IMG/VR virus record: IMGVR_UViG_3300034170_000071 | Span: 1-61,244 of that record | Source of the DNA: a virus | Taxonomy: Duplodnaviria; Caudoviricetes | Direction: 5' to 3' (one strand) | Length of the DNA: 61,244 nt | In this document: piece by piece, positions 1 to 8,788 of the stretch | How positions within the stretch are numbered: the stretch's first letter is position 1 | Layout of the letters: every line of letters begins with the position of its first letter | Program-made: the position numbers and the translations under genes | The notes under the pieces: model-generated | The model's database searches: none | Seen by the model: the letters and a program-made list of their open reading frames with translations, nothing else | What the model was told of the DNA's origin: nothing

Positions 1-395
1 GCAAGGCTCCACTGGCCGACAAGATTCCGCAAATCATTTTCGGATTGAAATTTGGCGCCGATAGCCCGTGGCCGATCATCGACACACAGGAATTGTCGTA
101 TGACTTGCTGAACAAAATCCGCAACGCTTCGAACGCCAGCCTTTTTATCGTGGGCGCAGAACTGGCCGACCACCTTCGCTATATCCAAAGCGAAGAATAT
201 TTCGAAGCACACGGCGAAAGTCCGCTGTCACCGTGGCTGGACGTAGACCATAGCAAATCCGGGCGTGAATCCGGATACGTCGGCATGGTGCTGGGGCTGG
301 AAATTTACTCGCATCCTGATCTTGCACCGAACATGATTGTCGGTGTGCAGTTGGGCGTTAAAGCAACCGCCGTTATCGGCTATGTCAAAATCTGA
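1..395 (+). CDS. hypothetical protein (5' partial), possible capsid P-domain-like fragment
   Basis: Frame is open from the window edge; GYVGMVLGLEIYSHPDLAPNMIV resembles the G-x-h-G-x-x-x-G-h-x-h motif also seen at 47447 and 48046. Confidence 0.6.
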   Translation, partial: KAPLADKIPQIIFGLKFGADSPWPIIDTQELSYDLLNKIRNASNASLFIVGAELADHLRYIQSEEYFEAHGESPLSPWLDVDHSKSGRESGYVGMVLGLEIYSHPDLAPNMIVGVQLGVKATAVIGYVKI

Positions 396-410
396 AAAAG
401 GAACAAGAAA

Positions 411-878
411 ATGACGCAAGTAGTTTTGGACCAAATCACGGCTGATCGTGCCACTGCACGCCTGCAAAGCCCGAAAGAAACCTACCCGATTCTGACTCGC
501 ATACTGGGCGATTACGAACTCGGTGCGAAAGCCAAAAAGCCACGCACTGGCGACGACGCGCTGATCGTGATCCTGAAAGACATGATCGCGAAGAACGCTG
601 AAGCCATCGGCCTGCTGGGCAAGACGCAAGGCGGCGAAAGCGAACACGCTGCTGAAATCCTGCGTCTGGAAAATCAAAGCCGTTTGCTGGCGAAATACAT
701 TCCTGCAAAAGTTGAAAAAGTCGAAGCGGAAACCGCCCTCGACGCTGATGCTCTGCGCGCTATCCTGACCGAAGGTAACTTTACTTCCGTTGGTTTTTTC
801 CAGAAGCATCTGAAAGAAAACTACAACGGCCAGTACAGCCCGAAAACTGCTACCGAAGTTTTCAACGGTAAAGCGTAA
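411..878 (+). CDS. YqeY/GatB-like helical protein
   Basis: RBS AAGGA; DDALIVILKDMI...E..LL.KYIP...L.ADALRAIL...G...K.LKE pattern typical of YqeY. Confidence 0.7.
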   Translation: MTQVVLDQITADRATARLQSPKETYPILTRILGDYELGAKAKKPRTGDDALIVILKDMIAKNAEAIGLLGKTQGGESEHAAEILRLENQSRLLAKYIPAKVEKVEAETALDADALRAILTEGNFTSVGFFQKHLKENYNGQYSPKTATEVFNGKA

Positions 879-915
879 TGGGCATGCCAACGCTCGACGA
901 AATTTCTTTGAACGT

Positions 916-1122
916 GTGAGTGTATCCCGTCCGCGTAGCACTCCTTGCATTGGCAAATGTTCTCACAATGTGGGTGACGCCATTTGCAAGGGGTGCAAAC
1001 GCACCATCGCAGAAGTTCGGGATTGGAATCGTTTTTCTCCCGACGAAAAAATGCAACGGATGGAAGAATTAAAGGTTCGCGATATTACAACCTTCGTGAT
1101 ACCCATCGAAATATTAGACTGA
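916..1122 (+). CDS. DUF1289-family small Cys-rich protein
   Basis: TPCIGKCS..VGDAICKGCKRT..EV.DW motif. Confidence 0.8.
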   Translation: MSVSRPRSTPCIGKCSHNVGDAICKGCKRTIAEVRDWNRFSPDEKMQRMEELKVRDITTFVIPIEILD

Positions 1123-1135
1123 TAGGAAATTCCAC

Positions 1136-1627
1136 ATGAGCATTGATTGGATTTCGTGGGATGCAGGCCTGACCACACCACTGAATCGGTTATCCGGGCA
1201 CCGCAGCGTCTCTTCCAACGTGTTTAATCACGCAGTCGATTGCCTGCCTGATAGTTTCCGTGGATTGAGTGTTACGGGCGGCGACCAGTTGGCAGATAAC
1301 GAACTGGCTTACGACTCTGTTGTGAGTATGCTTTGCTTTTTGCCAGTCGTATCGCTTGGTGATTTCTATGTGAGTTCCTACACGGATCTTGGCGATCCAC
1401 TGTACGGAAAATACCTGCATATCAACCTGTACAAAAACGATCACCGTGTGGAAATCGCGTTCAAAAACCATCGCGTTTCCGTGATGCTGTCTAAGCGGGC
1501 GTCTCCCGTTTATTACAAGCGTTATGCTTCCCGTGAATTCAGTCTGGAAACTCGTGCTGAAATGTTTTCCATGTTGGAAGCCATCCTCGCGAAACCTGCC
1601 AACGAAAATAACGAGGTGCCAGAATGA
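1136..1627 (+). CDS. hypothetical protein, paralog of 1624..2070
   Basis: RBS TAGGA; shares P.xFRGL, FLP, DH[RK] blocks with the next ORF. Confidence 0.75.
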   Translation: MSIDWISWDAGLTTPLNRLSGHRSVSSNVFNHAVDCLPDSFRGLSVTGGDQLADNELAYDSVVSMLCFLPVVSLGDFYVSSYTDLGDPLYGKYLHINLYKNDHRVEIAFKNHRVSVMLSKRASPVYYKRYASREFSLETRAEMFSMLEAILAKPANENNEVPE

Positions 1628-2070
1628 GCATGTGGCAACAGTGGACAACCCAGTGCAAGAAAGTCAGCGAAGTTTTTGCGGGCAATAGCCAAACCCGTTA
1701 CAGCGCCGCTGAAGTAAAAGATTTTCTCTCAAAGATTCCAGAAGAATTTCGCGGCCTCGACATGGGTTTTGACGATGACTATTTCGTGTCGGCACAATCA
1801 TTCAAAGAGTTTTGCCGCTTCCTACCCCTGCTAAAGCACGGCGGCGGGTACGCCCTGCAATGCGTAGGGGATGAGATTATCGTGATCCTGTTTTCGCAAG
1901 ATCACAAAATGCGTTTCACTTTTCTGCATAGTGGCGGTTTCAGCTACACGATGTTTACCAAGTACGGTGGGCATTCGTTGTACCGCAAACGGATCGAAGG
2001 TGAACTGTATATCAACGACGATCAAGACCTTTACATCGTCGAGAAAGTTTTAAAATTCATGCTGCCTTGA
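1624..2070 (+). CDS. hypothetical protein, paralog of 1136..1627
   Basis: RBS GAGGTG, ATGA overlap; shared motifs with the previous ORF. Confidence 0.75.
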   Translation: MSMWQQWTTQCKKVSEVFAGNSQTRYSAAEVKDFLSKIPEEFRGLDMGFDDDYFVSAQSFKEFCRFLPLLKHGGGYALQCVGDEIIVILFSQDHKMRFTFLHSGGFSYTMFTKYGGHSLYRKRIEGELYINDDQDLYIVEKVLKFMLP

Positions 2071-2078
2071 GGTGATAC

Positions 2079-2246
2079 ATGGTTGGCAAAAATAAACAGC
2101 GTGGCTTCTTAGACCTTTCCGGAATCGTTCCAATGCTCGTTGGCTTTGGCATCGTGGCCGGGATTGTGATCGGCGCCATTATCTTTAAAGGCATTCCGTG
2201 GCTGTGGGAAATCTCTAAGCCGTGGCTGCATTCCATCACAGGGTGA
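2079..2246 (+). CDS. 55-aa membrane protein with prepilin-like N-terminus (below ORF-track cutoff)
   Basis: GAGGTG RBS; MVGKNKQRGFLDLSGIVPMLVGFGIVAGIVIGAIIFKGIPWLWEISKPWLHSITG; fills the gap between neighbours. Confidence 0.7.
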   Translation: MVGKNKQRGFLDLSGIVPMLVGFGIVAGIVIGAIIFKGIPWLWEISKPWLHSITG

Positions 2247-2251
2247 AGACT

Positions 2252-2764
2252 ATGAGTCATTGCGGTATTACCGAAGAAGATTTGCGCGACTTTCTGGAAG
2301 ACGAAAATATCACCGATATTTCTTTCGTGGCACAGGGACAAATCCCAAGCCACAACGGTGTACAACTTCTGGAAAAAGAATACGTGGGACAAGGCCCCGA
2401 CGTAGACTTCGCAGTTGAAGATGCCATGGCTGCTTTCAGTGCGGAATATCGCGGCGAACGTGTCTACACTCGCGGCGTTCAAATCTCCAGCACCGGCGCT
2501 GGTATCCTCGCTGTATTCGTCGCAGCGATTCGACCGGCTCCGAAAGATTTCAGCCAAATCCTTTACGATTTGAAGAAAGGTGCATCGGCCCGCCGCGCAG
2601 GCTGGAACGGTGCAGGGCAATCTGTGTGGCTTACCACGCTCGGTAGTTCTGCTTTGCCATACCTGCCATGCTTCGTCCTGCAAAACGCACAGGGCGCAAT
2701 GCAACCGGGTTGGGTGCCGTCTATGGGTGACATGATGGCAGATGATTGGGAAATCTTGCCGTGA
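2252..2764 (+). CDS. DUF2829 / Tad2-like anti-defence sponge fused to an unknown N-terminal domain
   Basis: C-terminal FSQILYDLKKG..ARRAGWNG...GWVPSMGDMMADDWEI is the DUF2829 signature; start placed at ATG 2252. Confidence 0.8.
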   Translation: MSHCGITEEDLRDFLEDENITDISFVAQGQIPSHNGVQLLEKEYVGQGPDVDFAVEDAMAAFSAEYRGERVYTRGVQISSTGAGILAVFVAAIRPAPKDFSQILYDLKKGASARRAGWNGAGQSVWLTTLGSSALPYLPCFVLQNAQGAMQPGWVPSMGDMMADDWEILP

Positions 2765-3003
2765 TCAAAATCACCAGCATTGCCGCAGCGGATTTGAACG
2801 CACACATTGAAAAAATGAATGTGGAAACCCGTGCATGGACAGACCGGGCGGCACGCGGTGATTGCAGTTGGATTTGTGCCGATTGCTGCTGTACTTTTCC
2901 AGAGGGAATGCCTGACGATTGCGCACACGGGCACGACCTATGCACACAGATAATCCGACGTGACAAACAGCGCTCTATGCGTGACGGAAACGAGCCATCT
3001 TAA
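2761..3003 (+). CDS. small Cys/His-rich hypothetical protein
   Basis: GTGA overlap with previous stop; CSWICADCCC...CAHGHDLC. Confidence 0.65.
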   Translation: MIKITSIAAADLNAHIEKMNVETRAWTDRAARGDCSWICADCCCTFPEGMPDDCAHGHDLCTQIIRRDKQRSMRDGNEPS

Positions 3004-3016
3004 CTAGGAGGAAACA

Positions 3017-4036
3017 ATGTCTGCTGATAAAAATATGACCGGTGAACAAATTCAGCAGATTATGGATATGTTTTTGTACAAAGCTCTTGAGCCTCTTGTC
3101 CTGTACACGAACATTTTCGACCCACAAGTCGAATACCTCCTACTGCTGGTGGCGACCAACCGTAAGCGCAAACTTAGTTCGTTGGATCGCGGGGAGGCCG
3201 TTGAAAAACTAGCGGCGTACCTGAGCGTTCCTGATCGTCGTCAGAAATTTGATTTCATCCGGGCCGCCCGTGTGGAACGCTTTTTCATCCACAAGTTTCT
3301 GATTTCGTTTACCGAACAAAATAAAGACTACGTGAAAAAGTACAAAGACTTCTTGCTGACTCCTACCAAGGAAAAGCAGATTGCTTTGGACAAGTACGCG
3401 GTACAGGTCGGGATGTGTGAACGCTCTGCGCTGTATAACACGATCAAGATTTGTGACGCCTACCTGAAACGTTTTTACGTGTACCGAAATTCCGTCGTTG
3501 ACCATTATGTGAAGAGCGCCAACAAGTGGGCGAAGGCTCACGTGATCGGTGCGCAAGGCCGGTCGAGTTTCAAAGACCTTGTGCAGTCGATTATCAAGGC
3601 TGTGATCACGGCGATGGATAAATACGACAGTAGAAAAGGTGCCTTAACTTCCTATGTTACGTTTTGGACAAAAAACGCAATGAAGGCATCCAAAGAACAC
3701 GAATACGGCGTGGCCTACACTGTGCCGCAAGCACAGAAGAAAAAGCTATTCGAGGGGACTAGCCATCACGTCAATTTCAGCGTAAGTCTCGATACCCTTT
3801 ACGGTGACGATGACGACGAAAATTCAAGCATGGCCCTGCATTCCATTTTGGCGCCGGGGCACACGCTGGAAAAGGGAATCGAAGTAGAGCAGAGTCGCAC
3901 GCTGGTGCAGATGCTAGCGAAGAAAGTAGATCCGATGGGCATCGCTCGGTTAAGTCTAGATATTGGCGAGTATTTTACGCCAAGCGAACAGGCAATTATG
4001 CACCAGCACATGCTCGAAGAAAAAACTGTAAATTAA
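3017..4036 (+). CDS. phage sigma70-like RNA polymerase sigma factor
   Basis: Strong RBS AGGAGG; region 2 motif DLVQ...AMDKYDSRKGALTSYVTFWTKNAM (compare RpoD DLIQEG..AVDKF..RRGYKFSTYATWWIRQAI); SVSLDTLYGDDDD resembles region 3.2. Confidence 0.8.
   Translation: MSADKNMTGEQIQQIMDMFLYKALEPLVLYTNIFDPQVEYLLLLVATNRKRKLSSLDRGEAVEKLAAYLSVPDRRQKFDFIRAARVERFFIHKFLISFTEQNKDYVKKYKDFLLTPTKEKQIALDKYAVQVGMCERSALYNTIKICDAYLKRFYVYRNSVVDHYVKSANKWAKAHVIGAQGRSSFKDLVQSIIKAVITAMDKYDSRKGALTSYVTFWTKNAMKASKEHEYGVAYTVPQAQKKKLFEGTSHHVNFSVSLDTLYGDDDDENSSMALHSILAPGHTLEKGIEVEQSRTLVQMLAKKVDPMGIARLSLDIGEYFTPSEQAIMHQHMLEEKTVN
4022..4033 (+). promoter_or_regulatory. candidate phage promoter motif AAAACTGTAAAT
   Basis: Same motif recurs upstream of genes at 4821, 22917 and (minus strand) 51165. 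Confidence 0.55.
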
Positions 4037-4048
4037 CGGTGAAGGAAC

Positions 4049-4234
4049 ATGAAAGCAAACAGTAATGTTGCAGTTGTCGATTTCAAAAACCCGCGTGACT
4101 CGAAAGGCAAGGTTGTTACTTTCCTGACGACTGAAGAGCGCGCCCGTCAGATTGCGGCAGACGCCTACGACAAAGCACTCAAACAAGTTCTGGCACGCGC
4201 AGCCGCTGTGTATTGGCCGGGCGATCCGAAATAA
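4049..4234 (+). CDS. hypothetical protein
   Basis: RBS GAAGGA; tiles between neighbours. Confidence 0.7.
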   Translation: MKANSNVAVVDFKNPRDSKGKVVTFLTTEERARQIAADAYDKALKQVLARAAAVYWPGDPK

Positions 4235-4246
4235 AGGGATAACACC

Positions 4247-4822
4247 ATGAGCAATTTGCTTACCCACGCTGACCGCGAATTTGCGATTACCATTGCAAAC
4301 ATGCGCGCAGACGCCAGCATCGACCTCGACGAAGGCGATGTTGAAATGCAGGAACACATGCACCAAAACGTGCGTGAAATTCTTGAAGTGATTGCGGCGC
4401 AAGGTCACTCCGGTGGCAGTATCGGTTTCCTGTTGCACTATGTGCAGAAACTCGGGATGTACGAACCGCTTTCTCCGATCCGTGGCACTGACGATGAATG
4501 GATGGACGTTTCCGGTATCAGCGACGGCCAATCCCTTTGGCAGAACGTCCGCTGTAGCCACATTTTCAAAGACGGTTCTGCACAGGCCTACGATACGAGA
4601 GGGCGTATTTTTGTTGACGCCGACGGGGGAACTTTCACCGGGCGTAATAGCCGGGTGCCTGTTGTATTTCCATACACGCCGACCCGCGTCTATGCACCCT
4701 CCGACGAAGATCGCAGCCGTTTCGAAAGTGCAGGTATCGTGATCGGTGATTACGCATCCGCCAAGGAAGTAATCTACCTGTATTCGCTTTTGCAAATCAG
4801 CGAATCATCCGCAGACGAATAA
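4247..4822 (+). CDS. conserved-looking phage hypothetical protein
   Basis: QGHSGGS...PLSPI.G.DDEW...WQN.RCS.IFK...FPYTP motif set, common in phage proteins of unknown function. Confidence 0.75.
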   Translation: MSNLLTHADREFAITIANMRADASIDLDEGDVEMQEHMHQNVREILEVIAAQGHSGGSIGFLLHYVQKLGMYEPLSPIRGTDDEWMDVSGISDGQSLWQNVRCSHIFKDGSAQAYDTRGRIFVDADGGTFTGRNSRVPVVFPYTPTRVYAPSDEDRSRFESAGIVIGDYASAKEVIYLYSLLQISESSADE

Positions 4823-4832
4823 AACTGTAAAT
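4821..4832 (+). promoter_or_regulatory. candidate phage promoter motif AAAACTGTAAAT upstream of SSB
   Basis: Intergenic exact copy of the motif at 4022 and 22917. Confidence 0.55.
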
Positions 4833-4892
4833 CATATCTATCTAGGAGAGTAAAACTTTCCGGATAACCGACTTGAATTAAGAGGAAGAAAC

Positions 4893-6110
4893 ATGGCCGC
4901 CGTTTTTAAAGGCATGGGTAGCATTCGTACCAACGCAGGTAAGGGTGATTCGCTCCGCTTGGATGAGGTTGTTGATATCATCCAGTGGCCGAAGAACAAG
5001 TATTTCCTGTTCCGCATTCTGCCAATCATGCCGCTCCAAGTCCGTCAGGTCTGGATCAAGCTGTGGGCCGGTGGCAAGGGCAAAGAAAAACGCGAAGTGA
5101 ACATCCCGCGTTACGCAATCGACTTCGACCCGGCTGATCCGGAAACCCCGAAAAAAGGCGTGAAGTGCCCGTACATGGCGCTCGCTGAAAAGTTCAAAGG
5201 CGAGAAAGAAAAACCAGTTCGTGCTGGTGACTTCTGGCTGTTCAACGTGATCGACCGTGACACGCAGGAAGAAGGCCCACCGCGCAAAGCGTCGAAGCCA
5301 ACCAAGGAAGAAAAGAAATCCGGTTTCAAGGATATCAATTCGGAAACTTGGACCCCGGTTCGCGTTGCCCGTCTGACCATGACTTCGATCAACCGACTGC
5401 AAGAATTGTCGGAAGAAAACAAGATCAAGTCGAAGAAAACCGGCAAGACCGCGCAGTTCGACGTATCCGATGCGAAGTATGGTTTCGATACGAAACTGAA
5501 ATTCAAACCGGACGCAGCAGGCACCGACAAATACACCATCGACAAAGCGGACGGCCCTACCCCGCTGACCGACGAAGAGCAAGGCTACCTGACGTGGAAC
5601 CTCACGGAAGAGCTGCTGGACGCAACCGGTCGTTTGACTGAAAAAGCAGCACGTGAAGACGTGAAGCGTATGGAAATCATCGGCGCCGAGGAAATCGACG
5701 ACGAAGACGAAGAAGACGAAGACGACAAGCCGAAGAAAAAGAAAGGCAAGTCCACTTCGCTCGACGACGATGACGACGAAAAGCCGAAGAAAAAGAAGAA
5801 ATCGAAACCGGCATTCGACGACGACGATGACGAAGCCGAAAAGCCGAAGAAAAAGAAATCTTCCAAGGTTGAAGAAAAGCCGAAGAAGAAATCTTCCAAG
5901 GTGAAGGAAGAGGAAGCGCCGAAGAAAAAGAAAAAGGCGAAGGTAGAGGAAGAAGCGCCGAAAAAGAAAAAGAAAAAGGTAGTCGAGGAAGCTCCGAAAA
6001 AGAAAAAGAAATCCTCCGACAAGGAAGAGAAAGGCGGCGCCAAAAAGAAAGTGAAAACTGCTGACAAGAAAGTCGGCAGCAAGAAGAAAAAGTCGGCTTG
6101 GGAAGACTGA
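4893..6110 (+). CDS. gp32-like single-stranded DNA-binding protein with a long Lys/Asp/Glu low-complexity tail
   Basis: FRILP, CPY, WLFNVIDR, FDVSDAKYGFD blocks resemble phage gp32-type SSB; directly upstream of UvsX/RecA; RBS GAGGA. Confidence 0.65.
   Translation: MAAVFKGMGSIRTNAGKGDSLRLDEVVDIIQWPKNKYFLFRILPIMPLQVRQVWIKLWAGGKGKEKREVNIPRYAIDFDPADPETPKKGVKCPYMALAEKFKGEKEKPVRAGDFWLFNVIDRDTQEEGPPRKASKPTKEEKKSGFKDINSETWTPVRVARLTMTSINRLQELSEENKIKSKKTGKTAQFDVSDAKYGFDTKLKFKPDAAGTDKYTIDKADGPTPLTDEEQGYLTWNLTEELLDATGRLTEKAAREDVKRMEIIGAEEIDDEDEEDEDDKPKKKKGKSTSLDDDDDEKPKKKKKSKPAFDDDDDEAEKPKKKKSSKVEEKPKKKSSKVKEEEAPKKKKKAKVEEEAPKKKKKKVVEEAPKKKKKSSDKEEKGGAKKKVKTADKKVGSKKKKSAWED
5697..6050 (+). repeat. coding low-complexity repeats (DDDDEKPKKKK / EEAPKKKKK units)
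   Basis: Repeated gacgacga and ccgaagaaaaagaaa units, visible in DNA and protein. Confidence 0.9.
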
Positions 6111-6126
6111 TCGGTAAGCGCTGTAC

Positions 6127-6150
6127 GGGCCTAGATGCTTAGGCCCTATT
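6127..6150 (+). terminator. hairpin after SSB (possible weak terminator)
   Basis: GGGCCTA-GATGCT-TAGGCCC followed by TATT. Confidence 0.45.
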
Positions 6151-6175
6151 CCAGAAACAATGCTGTGGAGAATGC

Positions 6176-7744
6176 ATGGCAAAAGCCGCTGTCAAGACCA
6201 AAAAGCTCAACCTTTCCGAAAAGGTTCTGAAGACTTCCACGTCTAAAGTTCCAGCCGTCGTGGAGAAAAAGACTGCTAAGTCTAAAGCTCCGGCAGTGAA
6301 GGGCGTTAAGAGCAGTTCAAAAGAAATTGCTGTAGCCGAAAAGGCTGGCAAATTCGTCTTCAATCCTTACGCGACATTCGAAGACGAAATCGACAACATG
6401 GAAAAAAAGGTCGGTCTGACCTCCATGTCTGTCAACGAAAAAGAGGACCGCTTGGGCACAGGCAGTCTTTGTGTGGATTTGCAAATGGCTGGCGGCCTTC
6501 TGGCTGGTGGCTGGTACACATTCTACGGTGCGGAACAGTCGTGTAAAACCACGCTCGCCACAACCGTTATGGGTGCCATTATCCGTAAAGCGGATTTCTT
6601 GGGGAAAGCGTTTTTCTTCGACTACGAAGGTTCGTTCTCCGCTGAATACGCAAACGCCATGTGGAAATACAACGGCGGAGGATCGACCGGTACTGTTGAA
6701 CAGGTTTTCGGCCTGCAAGGTAAAGATGGCGAGTGGATTATCCGCCCGCGTATCCGCAACTACGCACCGGCAGTTGGTGAAGACTTTTTCGACGCATTGG
6801 CCTCGACACTGAAAAAACTCCCATCGGTGCTGAAACTCGATGGCGATTTCTTCTACGTTTACGAAAACAACAAAGTAAACCAGAAGCTGTGCAAAGGTCA
6901 CTACGACACGAAGTATTTCAAGAAATTCAACAAGTTCAAAGTCCCGGCGCCACATGGTTTGCCGCAGGCTGTGTTCCTTGTGGATTCCTACCCGGCAATG
7001 CTCTCGCGTCGTGTTGACGAAAACGAGGAAGGCAAAGACGGTTTGGCCTCGCAAGCGCGTATGTTCTCTGACGGGATCAAACGTGTTAAAGGCCGCATGA
7101 AAGAAAAACGTGTTCTGGTTCTCGGCATTAACCAGCTGCGTTCGATTCCGATGGCAATGTACGGCCCAACAGAACAGGAACCGTGCGGCCAAGCGCTGCG
7201 TTATTTCTCTGACGCTCGTTTCCGTATGTCGCCAATTGCAATTCCTCACGGCGGCAAAGGCCCGCTGGAAGAAGAGCCGTCGATCAGTGGCGAAGGTGTT
7301 GATAACTATCGCTACATCAAGTGCCACGCTTTCAAAAACAAATTGGGTGGCCCACAAAAATCCAACATGATTTTGCGTCTGTACGTCGCGAATGAAAACG
7401 GTGAAGGCCTCGGCTTTGACCGCGTGTGGGATACGTGGATGTACCTGAAAGAAACTGGTCAAATTTCCGGCCAGCGCAACAAGATCAAATTCGGTGAAGG
7501 TACTCCGTTTGCTGGTAACGTCGTGTCGTGGATGGACATGAAGAAACTGGTCGATGGCAAAAAGGAATTGATCAAATCCTGCTGCGAGAAAATGAAGGTT
7601 AAGCCTATTCGTATCTACGAGTGGTGCCGCAAGCAAATCGAATCCGGCAAGGGCTACGATTTGTACCTTGATCAAATCAAAGCAACCCACACCAAAAAGG
7701 CTCTCAAGGCCGCCGCCAAACCAGATGGCGAAGACGAGGAATAA
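6176..7744 (+). CDS. uvsX: UvsX/RecA-like recombinase
   Basis: TGSLCVDLQMAGG, Walker A YGAEQSCKTT, FFDYEGS, Walker B FLVDS, ASQARMFS, INQLR, GQALRYFSDAR, KNK. Confidence 0.9.
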   Translation: MAKAAVKTKKLNLSEKVLKTSTSKVPAVVEKKTAKSKAPAVKGVKSSSKEIAVAEKAGKFVFNPYATFEDEIDNMEKKVGLTSMSVNEKEDRLGTGSLCVDLQMAGGLLAGGWYTFYGAEQSCKTTLATTVMGAIIRKADFLGKAFFFDYEGSFSAEYANAMWKYNGGGSTGTVEQVFGLQGKDGEWIIRPRIRNYAPAVGEDFFDALASTLKKLPSVLKLDGDFFYVYENNKVNQKLCKGHYDTKYFKKFNKFKVPAPHGLPQAVFLVDSYPAMLSRRVDENEEGKDGLASQARMFSDGIKRVKGRMKEKRVLVLGINQLRSIPMAMYGPTEQEPCGQALRYFSDARFRMSPIAIPHGGKGPLEEEPSISGEGVDNYRYIKCHAFKNKLGGPQKSNMILRLYVANENGEGLGFDRVWDTWMYLKETGQISGQRNKIKFGEGTPFAGNVVSWMDMKKLVDGKKELIKSCCEKMKVKPIRIYEWCRKQIESGKGYDLYLDQIKATHTKKALKAAAKPDGEDEE

Positions 7745-7747
7745 TTT

Positions 7748-7954
7748 ATGGACGGCGCAAACATTATCCGCACTGGTACGCTGGAAAATATCAGCGGAGT
7801 AATTCAGAATGTCGAGGATGAAATTGATATTCTGGAACGCGCCGCGAATAAAATTCGGATGAACGAACTCTCTGGTGGGCGGGAACTCGCTTTGGCGATT
7901 ACCAACCTACAGCAGGGTTTGTTGTGGCTGAAAGATTCCAAATCCAAAATCTGA
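7748..7954 (+). CDS. Acb2/Tad1-like helical-hairpin protein (candidate nucleotide-signal sponge)
   Basis: GRELALAITNLQQGLLWL resembles the RE.A.A.T.L[EQ][EQ]..MW motif of the Acb2/Tad1 family. Confidence 0.55.
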   Translation: MDGANIIRTGTLENISGVIQNVEDEIDILERAANKIRMNELSGGRELALAITNLQQGLLWLKDSKSKI

Positions 7955-7969
7955 TGCTGTAAAAAGACT

Positions 7970-7991
7970 GGGGCCTTCGTGGCCCCTTTCT
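7970..7991 (+). terminator. intrinsic terminator
   Basis: GGGGCC-TTCGT-GGCCCC-TTTTC. Confidence 0.8.
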
Positions 7992-8018
7992 CAATTTTCA
8001 GGCCTAGTTGGTGTGCCC

Positions 8019-8273
8019 ATGAAAAACCCAATAATCAAACACGGCACTGTTACGCGTATCGGGGAATTGCTCGACGCCGACAACAAAACCTACGGGGAAG
8101 AGACACGCGAACGCAACGCACGCCATCGCAAGTGGGGGCAACCTGTACAGGCACGCCGTGAGTTCTACCGTGAACCCTATGACCTGCCCAGTGGCAGCGA
8201 TGCAACGATATTCGTCTTTTTCTTCTGCGTAGGTGTAGCCGCGCTCAGTAAATTGCTTGCCCTTATTGTTTGA
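8019..8273 (+). CDS. small protein with C-terminal transmembrane segment
   Basis: Ends in TIFVFFFCVGVAALSKLLALIV. Confidence 0.55.
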   Translation: MKNPIIKHGTVTRIGELLDADNKTYGEETRERNARHRKWGQPVQARREFYREPYDLPSGSDATIFVFFFCVGVAALSKLLALIV

Positions 8274-8302
8274 CTCAATCCGATAAAATCGTGGAGTAGG
8301 AC

Positions 8303-8788
8303 GTGGAACCAAAAACCAAATCTAAAGAAATCATGATTCTGCTGCGTGCTAATTCTGGTTTTGTGCTGAAGGCCTATCGCGTGATGGTGCCAAACTATTG
8401 CGAACAGGGTTTCTACCGTGACGCCCGTACACGTGAAGGTTTTTCAAATCGCGAACACAAACGCCGAGAAAAGAAAGGCGCCTGCGCAACTTACATCGTG
8501 CATCACGACCTACGCGATTACGATTCTTTTCAGGGCGGCTGGGAACGCACTTGCCAATCCATCGACGGCGATGTTCCCCAACGCAGTATCGACCCTAATT
8601 ATATTCGGATTCACAACGCGTTGATTCCGTACCCGACTTTTCAGGGTATGTTGGAGTTCTATAAGGAAATAGGTTTCGACCATACCCAAAACAAATACGC
8701 GCCCGATTCCTACGTGGTGCGATTGGAAACCGACGCAGAATTTTGCAGCGTAGAAATGCACCGCGCAGCATTTAACGCACGCGCCTAA
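8303..8788 (+). CDS. hypothetical protein
   Basis: RBS GGAG/AGGA before GTG; 161-aa ORF. Confidence 0.7.
   Translation: MEPKTKSKEIMILLRANSGFVLKAYRVMVPNYCEQGFYRDARTREGFSNREHKRREKKGACATYIVHHDLRDYDSFQGGWERTCQSIDGDVPQRSIDPNYIRIHNALIPYPTFQGMLEFYKEIGFDHTQNKYAPDSYVVRLETDAEFCSVEMHRAAFNARA

Noticed and set aside
5697-6050. Repetitive DNA as a CRISPR array or non-coding repeat
   Set aside because: Imperfect in-frame codon repeats with no constant repeat/unique spacer structure
4878-7690. Long minus-strand ORFs (4878..6182, 6317..7690) and similar ones opposite most large genes
   Set aside because: Antisense shadows of well-supported plus-strand genes; the Phe/Leu/Ser runs simply mirror Lys/Glu codons
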